Assembly (NCBI GenBank): GCA_046758505.1
Contig: JBHIAH010000037.1
Coordinates: 1-24,395, forward strand
From: Candidatus Methylomirabilales bacterium
GTDB lineage: Bacteria > Methylomirabilota > Methylomirabilia > Methylomirabilales > CSP1-5
Length of the DNA stretch: 24,395 nt
Reading direction: 5' to 3'
Part shown: positions 1 to 10,036 of the stretch, piece by piece
Numbering within the stretch: position 1 is the first letter of the stretch
Layout: each line of letters begins with the position of its first letter
Notes under the pieces: generated by a model
What the model was told of the DNA's origin: nothing
Databases searched by the model: none
Seen by the model: the letters and a program-made list of their open reading frames with translations, nothing else
Made by a program: the position numbers and the translations under genes

Positions 1-184
1 CCTGACCCTCTCCGCACTCCCCCAAGCTGGAGGCGGCGGGGCTCCCGGTGCAGGGGCAGCAAGGCAATTCGACTCCAACCCCAATTTCGCTTGCTAGAGA
101 AGCAGTCCGATGGGATGGTGCTTTTTGAGCATGTGAATCTGCCTGTTTGTGTAGCTTGGAGCACTTAGAGGAGGTAACAAACAA

Positions 185-415
185 ATGATGAAGAAGCTCG
201 CAGTGGTAGCTTTAGTATCGTTCTTGTTTGGCGTAGGTTCAACCGCAGCCGTGCTAGGGCGGTACACCTACATCATCAAATCTTATACAAGCCCAGGTGG
301 TCTAGGATATGGGGGTCGCCTAGTCACTACCAATACCATCGTTCGGATAGATCGTCTAACGCAGCAAGTGTGCCGCGAACATCGGGGTAAGTGGAAGTGC
401 GATGGGAAGCTATGA
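185..415 (+). CDS. Small hypothetical protein with N-terminal signal/TM segment
   Basis: Strong SD (GAGGAGGT ~168-175) before ATG; MKK followed by a hydrophobic stretch; no family recognised. Confidence 0.7.
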   Translation: MMKKLAVVALVSFLFGVGSTAAVLGRYTYIIKSYTSPGGLGYGGRLVTTNTIVRIDRLTQQVCREHRGKWKCDGKL

Positions 416-590
416 GTGACTGGGAGACTTATTCCGGTAGTTATCAAATCTACTCGTCCCCCTGGAAATCAGGCTGTTAGACTCCGTCTCGAGAGTCACA
501 TCTAATCGGGGGTGGCTCAGGCCTTGATGTCTTGATATCTTTCGTTGAGACCTCCCATCCTATAGGAAAGAGGGATGCGGGAGGGGGAGA

Positions 591-613
591 GAAAAGGTGT
601 CAGGAACCTTTTC
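591..613. repeat. REP-like hairpin GAAAAGGT-gtcagga-ACCTTTTC
   Basis: Perfect 8-bp inverted repeat with a 7-nt loop, containing a GGTGTCAG core. Confidence 0.6.
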
Positions 614-806
614 CGCTCTTGAACTCAGTGCTGCCGCCACAGGACTGGCCACGCCGCTTATTCCGGGTGTTGGGCCGGCTCTACGGAGGGTGGGCGCATG
701 GAAAGCCGGAGAGCAAGAACAGCTCGCCAGGAGTTATGTCTCCCGGCAATAAATCACAACCTGCTTTACCGCTTATCCTAATCCCGCGTAGCCGTATGAG
801 GAAGCT

Positions 807-1553
807 GTGTACCCCACATCGCGCATAGACATTTCTGACGAGGTACGCCGCACGCTACCATCACCTCTTTTGGCCGTTCTGGATGAGATTGAAAGGGCAT
901 ACGGACGACATATCCCCTTTTTCTTGGTCCAAGACCTCGGGGTTACTGCAAGCGGGCGGGGCGATCCCCAGGGCTTTGTGGAACTGCCACCACAATCGCG
1001 CTGTAATTTGAACGTTATGGGCGAGGAGATTATGCATTTGCACAGATGGACGAGGGGATACCCAGCTATCGAGCCAAAAGCACTCGCTTATCAAGAAGGG
1101 TACGCTCATCACCTCCAAGCATTTGGAGGGCACTTTGATGAGTATGTATTTTTCCCCTTTCTGGAGAGTATTGGACTTGATCCTCGAAGCGAGTTACACG
1201 CGCGCATCGTCGAGGCCCTGGGTAGCCTGACGGGCGGGTTGCTTGATCGCCTCCAACGGGTGCACGGATCTGGAGAATTCAGCGCGGAATGGCGAGTAAA
1301 GCTTAGCCGCACTTACCTTGTGGCGGCTTTGCTGAGTGGACCGTTACCTGAAAGGGACTCACTTGTTCAACTATTCGAGGGGCAGCCGCTCCGACCATAC
1401 GGGGAGTTGGGGCGACGAATCGCCTCGGAGATAGCCGGCGCGCATGAAGAAACCGGGGATCAAGTTGCGGCCCGCATGAGCACTTGTCTATTCACACACC
1501 TCAGGCTGCCCAGAGATACTGCAACGATTCGTTACCCTTTCCGATCTACCTAG
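807..1553 (+). CDS. Hypothetical protein, possible zincin-like metallopeptidase fold (EExxH variant)
   Basis: 248-aa ORF with GTG start and GAGG upstream; beta-strand GFVELP followed by helix GEEIMHL, in the position where HExxH usually sits. Confidence 0.65.
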   Translation: MYPTSRIDISDEVRRTLPSPLLAVLDEIERAYGRHIPFFLVQDLGVTASGRGDPQGFVELPPQSRCNLNVMGEEIMHLHRWTRGYPAIEPKALAYQEGYAHHLQAFGGHFDEYVFFPFLESIGLDPRSELHARIVEALGSLTGGLLDRLQRVHGSGEFSAEWRVKLSRTYLVAALLSGPLPERDSLVQLFEGQPLRPYGELGRRIASEIAGAHEETGDQVAARMSTCLFTHLRLPRDTATIRYPFRST

Positions 1554-1598
1554 AGCACACATAAAGGGTCAGGATAGCGGAGGGGATGGTTTTCGAGA

Positions 1599-1853
1599 AT
1601 GAGAGTTGAATGCTATGCGGCGACGAGGCCGCAGGATGGGCGGACGGCAAATGAAAATGCCTTCCTGATCATCCGCGATGGAATTCCGGTCGCGGCGGTC
1701 TGCGATGGGGCCGGAGTTGCCGAGCAGGTGGCCAAGCGAGTAGTGAGGCTCTTTGAATTGTGGGTTCGCGAGGTGACCATTGGGCAGATCCTCCGAAAAA
1801 TATGTATTATGTCCCCGGAACACCGGCCGGAAGTGAACGTCCGCCCCGCGTGA
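1599..1853 (+). pseudogene. Truncated PP2C/SpoIIE-like phosphatase (N-terminal fragment)
   Basis: GRTANENAF (cf. R..NED) and AAVCDGAG (cf. DGxGG) motifs; only 84 aa, with similarity apparently lost near 1795. Confidence 0.65.
1795..1820 (-). repeat. REP-like site TTCCGGGGACATAATACATATTTTTC
   Basis: AT-rich motif at the PP2C break; a degenerate second copy (CCGGGAGACATAACT) lies at 732-746 on the minus strand. Confidence 0.45.
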
Positions 1854-1983
1854 TAGGTCCTCCATTACATTTCCAGCGGGCCACCCAAGACCGGTTGAAT
1901 AAGCGGACCGATCCCTAATCCTTCAAGATTTGCCCATGAGTGTTGGCCTTTGATCCTTAAGAAAAGCGAGGTGAACCCTCGGC

Positions 1984-2892
1984 ATGCTGATTCAAGATGT
2001 GGTCATTCACACAAATGAAGGGATTCAGGGGGGAGGAATTATCCTGCCCTCCAGACCTCCCATACAAGGGCGGTTTGAACTCACGGACGACTTGTGGATC
2101 GGTCCCCTGGAAGACGATGTTGCGGAGAGGGTACTCGACTGCTGCGAACCGCCGGGTTGCTGGGTTAGGAAACCACCCAGACCATTCCACCAGCTTTACA
2201 CTTACGTGCGAGAACCTGTGCCCCCGGAAGAAAAGTACAAGTGGGATGCCGACCGCCGCTTACTAACTTGCGTCGCGTTATCCCGACTTGTACATCCGAC
2301 CTTGGTCTCGTTCCGGTATGCAGCACAGATTATCTACAATTCCGACGGAACCATGAGGGAAGTCGTTCCCGGTCCAGTGCAAGGTCATGGTGCTGATGCA
2401 TGGCCGCCTAACGAGGACGACCGCGACTGGCTCAACGATACTGACCTTGAGGTTCTGAAACAGCTACTTCGCGAGTTGCCAACAGCAATTCTTCCACCGC
2501 GTGTCTGGCGCGCTTTCTGGTACCACGAGTTCGCGGCCAGAACGCAATACGCCGACGTCAGGTGTACCCTTATCACCACAGCTGTCGAAGCACTGGTGCA
2601 CACGGATCGGCAAAGTTCAACGCGTCAGTTCACTGAACGAGTCCCCGGAATAGCAGCCGACGTAGGAGTGGTCAATTTCAGCAGGGATGATGCTGAGACA
2701 GCTTATGATTTGCGATCGCGGTTATCACATGGGCAAGGTCTTGAAACCTTTACAGCTGGCGACCGCCAGATATATGAGCGGATGGAAACTATTCTTCGAG
2801 CGGCCGTCATACGTGCCATTCGTGACACAGGGTTTGCCCAGGTCTTTGCAACAGAGCAGGCTATTAGGAATCGCTGGCCATTGGGGCAATAA
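1984..2892 (+). CDS. HEPN-domain protein (ApeA-like C-terminal HEPN), putative RNase
   Basis: 302 aa; SD GAGGTG upstream; LITTAVEAL helix followed by AYDLRSRLSHG (Rx4H). Confidence 0.8.
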   Translation: MLIQDVVIHTNEGIQGGGIILPSRPPIQGRFELTDDLWIGPLEDDVAERVLDCCEPPGCWVRKPPRPFHQLYTYVREPVPPEEKYKWDADRRLLTCVALSRLVHPTLVSFRYAAQIIYNSDGTMREVVPGPVQGHGADAWPPNEDDRDWLNDTDLEVLKQLLRELPTAILPPRVWRAFWYHEFAARTQYADVRCTLITTAVEALVHTDRQSSTRQFTERVPGIAADVGVVNFSRDDAETAYDLRSRLSHGQGLETFTAGDRQIYERMETILRAAVIRAIRDTGFAQVFATEQAIRNRWPLGQ

Positions 2893-3171
2893 CCGACTGG
2901 CATGCCTAATGGTACCATCCTTGCTGCGGAATTAGAGTCGTAACCCTTACTCCGAGGTGTGAGGGATCAAGTCCCTTGCCCCACCCTTGACAAGCTCAGT
3001 CCCACGTACGAGGAGCGCGATTCAGGAACATGCGGAGCGACCCCATTAAGGAAAAACTGGAGCGGACCGTCGCGAGTGAGTTCTTACCGCTCTACAACCT
3101 GGCGAAGGGTAGTAATTTCAGAATTCTCCGAGCAGGCGTACCACCGGAGGGAGGTTGGCCAATGCCTTGCT

Positions 3172-3297
3172 AAAGCTGCCCTGGCGGTTTACTTTGCCCT
3201 CTACAACTTTGTGTGGATTCACCAAACGCTAAGGGTGACTCGGGCGATGGCAGCCGGGATCACGGATATGGTGTGGAACCTGGAGGAGTTATTATGA
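3172..3297 (+). pseudogene. C-terminal remnant of an IS1-family-like DDE transposase
   Basis: KAALAVYFALYNFVWIHQTLRVTRAMAAGITDMVWNLEELL matches the characteristic YNF.R.H.TLRVTPAMAAG.TD..W tail; the upstream part is missing. Confidence 0.75.
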
Positions 3298-3491
3298 ATT
3301 TTCTTAAAAGACTATGGTGGACGTGGGGTGTTATCTCTATGATCGCCCTTATTGAAACTGTAGTGACGTACCAGTCTTCTTGGGGAGATAGCTTGTTGGA
3401 TCGATTTGGAGGGTTTTTTCTCGTTACCGCTGTCGCCTATATCTGTGGCGCAGCTTCGCGAGACTTTTGGTGGAAGTCGTCCTCAAATTAG
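3294..3491 (+). CDS. Small two-TM membrane protein (65 aa)
   Basis: SD GGAGGAG 3282-3288; ATG overlaps the transposase-remnant TGA (ATGA); two hydrophobic segments. Confidence 0.6.
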   Translation: MNFLKRLWWTWGVISMIALIETVVTYQSSWGDSLLDRFGGFFLVTAVAYICGAASRDFWWKSSSN

Positions 3492-3548
3492 GGCATGACC
3501 CGACGCCACCGTGTAGTGCTTGTTCGTATTGAACGCGATATACTGCAT
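3483..3548 (-). pseudogene. N-terminal remnant of an IS110-family transposase
   Basis: MQYIAFNTNKHYTVAS resembles the IS110 start M.YIxxDxHKxYT, with the catalytic D replaced by N; stop after 21 aa. Confidence 0.55.
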
Positions 3549-3560
3549 GGTGGGTTCGTT

Positions 3561-3588
3561 GGGGGTCTGACGTTGGTATTTGATATTT
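3561..3588 (+). repeat. REP-like site GGGGGTCTGACGTTGGTATTTGATATTT
   Basis: Related copy at 508-540 (GGGGG[TGGC]TCAGGCCTTGATGTCTTGATATCT). Confidence 0.5.
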
Positions 3589-3713
3589 GCACGCGGTAGA
3601 GGTTTGCGCGTCCGACCTGGTGACGACACCTGGCCCCTTCTCTCTCTTTCTCCGCTCTTCTGGCAAGCGCGCGCTCTGAAGGGATGGGCCTGGTGGAGGT
3701 AAGGGCAGCGACG

Positions 3714-4523
3714 ATGCGATTTGTTATTGACACCAATCAAGCATCATTGCTGCCCAGTAAGCGAGCCTTGGCAGTATCCCTTTCGCCGTACGTGCTATCC
3801 GAGATTCTCCTGCGAGGGGACCCAAGTCCGACTCTAGAGCTTCTTCGTACCTTCGACATCCGCCTTGGCCTGGAGACATCGGACGTCATGGTTCAACTTG
3901 CCCAGTTATCACCGCAAGAAATAATGACGTTTGAACCCTTTCCCGTGCCGGCACAAAGCTTTCGGCAAGACTACGAAGCAATCCGGAAGGCGATTGATGC
4001 CCCTAGGCCAGCACACATTCACCGGGCTCGCTATATCAAGGATAGGCACCTCAGGCACTGTAAATCATTAGTAGAGAGTGCAAGAATATTTCGGAGGCAC
4101 CTCCGCGAACGTGGGATGGCGAATCACAAGTTCTCAACCTTTGAGCAAGCATTGTCTGAGCTAGCCTCAACTCCCGACTCCTTCCTCAGAAGCGTAATAA
4201 TTGGCAGTATCACACATGACGGCAGGCGCACCACAAAGGCACAACCCGCTGAGCTCGTGGATGGGTGTATATCAAACCAATATGTCGGGGGGCTGTTTCG
4301 TGCGCAACTCGCTTACCACATATGTATTTCCCGTTTGTGGAAGGAAGAAAGCCTCAACTTCGATCCATCCCCAACACGGGACGACATGACGGACATCACC
4401 CTGCCGCTCTACGCTGCAGACGGCGACATCATCGTTACTGGCGACACGAAGCTAACCCTTCTAGTGTCTCTCATCGAACCAGAAGGCAAGGTCAAAGCCT
4501 GCAAAGCAAGTGAAATAGTGTAG
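3714..4523 (+). CDS. PIN-domain-like protein with a large insertion
   Basis: N-terminal FVIDTN, a conserved E (VLSEIL), and C-terminal DDMTD...IIVTGDTKL give the PIN acidic pattern; start set at the ATG of MRFVIDTN. Confidence 0.7.
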   Translation: MRFVIDTNQASLLPSKRALAVSLSPYVLSEILLRGDPSPTLELLRTFDIRLGLETSDVMVQLAQLSPQEIMTFEPFPVPAQSFRQDYEAIRKAIDAPRPAHIHRARYIKDRHLRHCKSLVESARIFRRHLRERGMANHKFSTFEQALSELASTPDSFLRSVIIGSITHDGRRTTKAQPAELVDGCISNQYVGGLFRAQLAYHICISRLWKEESLNFDPSPTRDDMTDITLPLYAADGDIIVTGDTKLTLLVSLIEPEGKVKACKASEIV

Positions 4524-4592
4524 AGGCGATTGGCCTGAGGTCGCTGCCCATCTACTTCAAGGGCGATTCCTACATCCCTAGCCTGACGGACC

Positions 4593-4903
4593 TTACCGCT
4601 TTCGGAACTGGTAGACGATTTCGCCGGGACGCACCAGCCCCAGATCCTGGCGGGCGATCTCCTCGGATCGGGAGGGATACCGGCGCATCGCCTCGACCTC
4701 GTGCCGGAGCAGCGCGTTCTCGTGCGTGAGGCCTTCGATCTCCTGCTCGAGGTGCGCCTTGGTGCGTTCCATGTGGTACAGTCGGAGCAGGCCCCGATCC
4801 CCGAACAGAGACAGGAGGAGCAAGAGGCCCAGGAAACCGAGGAGGAGCATGAGGCCAGGCCGCGGCGGTTTCGTGTGCACCTGCGTCGGATCCTGTTCGG
4901 GCA

Positions 4904-4904
<1 letters not shown>
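4593..4904 (-). CDS. ftsB: Septum formation initiator, FtsB/DivIC family
   Basis: TM helix, GDRGL, coiled coil, EEIARQDLGLVRPGEIVY; directly downstream of eno (conserved synteny). Confidence 0.88.
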
Positions 4905-7709
<2,805 letters not shown>

Positions 7710-7742
7710 GGCCTCCTCACGATGGGTGGACGAACCGCCGGC

Positions 7743-7772
7743 AGTATAGGAACTGTTCCTGGACAGTGTCAA
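7743..7772 (-). promoter_or_regulatory. Sigma70 promoter for the phosphomutase-eno-ftsB operon
   Basis: TTGACA-18 nt-TATACT on the minus strand. Confidence 0.7.
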
Positions 7773-7903
7773 GGTGAATCGGGGCGCGGGAGGCCTGTTC
7801 GCAGGACTGAAGCAGCCGCAGCCGGGCGCGGACCGGCCCGCTCTGCAGGGCGGAATCTGCCGTGGAACGGCGCGAACGATCGTAGGGTCACCATGGAAAT
7901 TTC

Positions 7904-7932
7904 TTGCGAGAAGCTCCAGATTTCATTATACT
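7904..7932 (+). promoter_or_regulatory. Sigma70 promoter for DGC-dxr-rseP
   Basis: TTGCGA-17 nt-TATACT. Confidence 0.6.
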
Positions 7933-7973
7933 TACGCCGTCTCTGTGGTCACGAGGGATGCAGGGGGCCGGGA

Positions 7974-8870
7974 GTGGCCGACGAAAAGATCTTGGTCGTG
8001 GATCGTGAGCAGGCTGCCCGCAGGCGACTGGTGAAACTGCTCCACGAGCACGGGTTTCAGTCTGCGGAGGCCTCGAGCGGCAAGGAGGCCCTCGAGAAGC
8101 TCCAGGACGAGGACTACGCGGTCATCCTCCTTGACCTCGAGGTGCGGGGACTGAGCGCGGGAGAAACCGTGGAGCAGATCCTCGGCCGCAAGCCGGAACA
8201 GTGCATCATCATCGTGGCGCCTTCGAGTGGGGTTGCCTCCGCTCTGCTGACCAAAGGTGCGTATAGTGTGCTGCCGAAGCCGGTTCAACCGGCCGAACTT
8301 GCGATCGGCCTGCGGAATGGGGTGGAGCGGTATCACCTGCACCGGGCGAATGTCCTCCTCCGTCAGGAGACCCTTCAGGACGACCTGACGGGCGTCCTCA
8401 ATCGCCGGTACCTGGACCGGTATCTGGATGAGGAGATCGAGCGGGCCCGACGGTACAAGCACTCCTTCTCCGTCCTGTTCTTCGACCTCGATCACCTGAA
8501 GCACATCAACGATCAGTACGGACATCTGTCGGGGAGCCGGGTGCTGGTGGAGTTGGTGGGGGTGATCAAGACGAAGCTGCGACGGACGGACAAGATCTTC
8601 CGGTTCGGAGGGGATGAATTTTCGGTGACCCTGCCCGAGACCGATCAGCGAGGGGCGGTGGAAACGGCCCACCGCCTTCGCCAGGCGATCCGGGCCCATC
8701 GGTTCCAGCCTGCGGAGGGGGCCGAGGCCTCTTTGACCGCCAGCTTCGGGGTGGCCACGTATCCCGAGGACGGGGCGACCGGGGAAGAGCTGTTGCGCCA
8801 CGCTGACGAGGCGATGTATCTGATCAAGATGGGGACGCGGGACGCCGTCGGGGTCAAGGAAAGAGCATGA
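7974..8870 (+). CDS. Response-regulator diguanylate cyclase (REC-GGDEF)
   Basis: KILVVD...VILLD...LPKP receiver; DDLTGVLNRR, INDQYGH, RRTD I-site, FGGDEF; GTG start inferred. Confidence 0.93.
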   Translation: MADEKILVVDREQAARRRLVKLLHEHGFQSAEASSGKEALEKLQDEDYAVILLDLEVRGLSAGETVEQILGRKPEQCIIIVAPSSGVASALLTKGAYSVLPKPVQPAELAIGLRNGVERYHLHRANVLLRQETLQDDLTGVLNRRYLDRYLDEEIERARRYKHSFSVLFFDLDHLKHINDQYGHLSGSRVLVELVGVIKTKLRRTDKIFRFGGDEFSVTLPETDQRGAVETAHRLRQAIRAHRFQPAEGAEASLTASFGVATYPEDGATGEELLRHADEAMYLIKMGTRDAVGVKERA

Positions 8871-10036
8871 AGCGCCTGAGTATCCTGGGCTCGACGGGCT
8901 CGATCGGCATGCAGACCCTGGAAGTGGTCCGGGCCCACCCCGAGGCTTTTCGGGTGGTGGCCATCGCGGCCGGGCGACGGCTCGACCTGGTCGCCGACCA
9001 GGTCCGGGAGTTTCAGCCCCGTCTGGTTTCGGTGGGGAGCCGAGCAGGGGCGCAGGAACTCACGGAGAGGCTCCGCGGCCTCCCGGTCAAGATCTGCTCT
9101 GGCGAGGACGGCTTGACTGAGGTTTCGGCTTACGCCGAGGCTGACCTGACCGTGCTGGCGGTCGTGGGGGCGACGGGGCTCAGGCCTGCCCTCGCGGCGA
9201 TCCGGGCCGGCAAGGATGTGGCGTTGGCCACCAAGGAGGCCCTGGTCATGGCCGGGGCACTCCTCACCGCTGAGGCGGCCAGCCGCGGGGTCAGGCTCCT
9301 CCCGGTGGACAGTGAACACTCGGCCATCTTCCAGTGTCTCGAGGGAGGTGGCCGGGCGGCGCTCAGGCGGATCATCCTGACCGCCTCCGGGGGGTCCCTG
9401 CGGCGGGTTCCCAAGGAACGACTGGCCGCGGTCACCCCCGAGGAGGCCTTGAACCATCCCGTTTGGAACATGGGGAAAAAGATCACCATCGACTCGGCGA
9501 CCTTGATGAATAAGGGGCTCGAGGTGATCGAGGCCCGGTGGCTGTTCGATATCGGGGTGAAGGACATCAATGTCATCGTCCACCCCCAGTCCATCGTCCA
9601 CTCCCTCATCGAGTACGTGGATGGGTCGGTCCTCGCCCAGCTCGCCCCTCCCGATATGCGGCTTCCCATCCTCTATGCCCTCAGCTACCCGGCCCGCTTG
9701 GAAAACCCGTTCCCCACGTTAGACCTTGTGGAGGTGGCCTCGCTCACCTTTGAGCCGATCGATCGCGAGCGGTTCCCGTGTCTCGCCTATGCCTACGAGG
9801 CGGTAGAGATGGGGGGAACGGCGCCGGCGGTCCTCAACGCGGCAAATGAAGTGGCCGTGGAGCTGTTCCTCGGTCGGGAGATCACCTTTGGGCAGATCCC
9901 CGGGGTGATCGAGGCTGGACTGCGAAGCCATCGGCCGGGCGACGGGGGCAGCCTGGCGGAAATCCTGGCGGCAGACCGCGACGTGCGGGAGCAGCTGTCC
10001 CGCACTTACTCGGGGGGGGTGAGGCGGGTCTCGTGA
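8867..10036 (+). CDS. dxr: 1-deoxy-D-xylulose-5-phosphate reductoisomerase
   Basis: ILGSTGSIG, LPVDSEHSAIFQ, ITIDSATLMNKGLEVIEA. Confidence 0.98.
   Translation: MKRLSILGSTGSIGMQTLEVVRAHPEAFRVVAIAAGRRLDLVADQVREFQPRLVSVGSRAGAQELTERLRGLPVKICSGEDGLTEVSAYAEADLTVLAVVGATGLRPALAAIRAGKDVALATKEALVMAGALLTAEAASRGVRLLPVDSEHSAIFQCLEGGGRAALRRIILTASGGSLRRVPKERLAAVTPEEALNHPVWNMGKKITIDSATLMNKGLEVIEARWLFDIGVKDINVIVHPQSIVHSLIEYVDGSVLAQLAPPDMRLPILYALSYPARLENPFPTLDLVEVASLTFEPIDRERFPCLAYAYEAVEMGGTAPAVLNAANEVAVELFLGREITFGQIPGVIEAGLRSHRPGDGGSLAEILAADRDVREQLSRTYSGGVRRVS

Noticed and set aside
354..482. GTCTAAC (354-360) and GTTAGAC (476-482) as integron attC R''/R' boxes
   Set aside because: The inner L boxes are not complementary, R'' lies inside the ORF, and the other island genes lack attC-like ends
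532..828. 98-aa ORF
   Set aside because: TTG start; translates through repeat motifs (KRCQEPF); no protein features
2959..3171. N-terminal part of the 112-aa ORF as transposase
   Set aside because: Only the last ~41 aa resemble a transposase; the rest looks like non-coding read-through
3549..3660. IS110 bridge RNA upstream of the relic
   Set aside because: The region is occupied by boundary motifs, and no bridge-RNA structure can be supported by eye
4532..4592. Codon-like stretch (GLRSLPIYFKGDSYIP) as a duplicated target-gene end or att site
   Set aside because: No matching copy in the window and too short to assign
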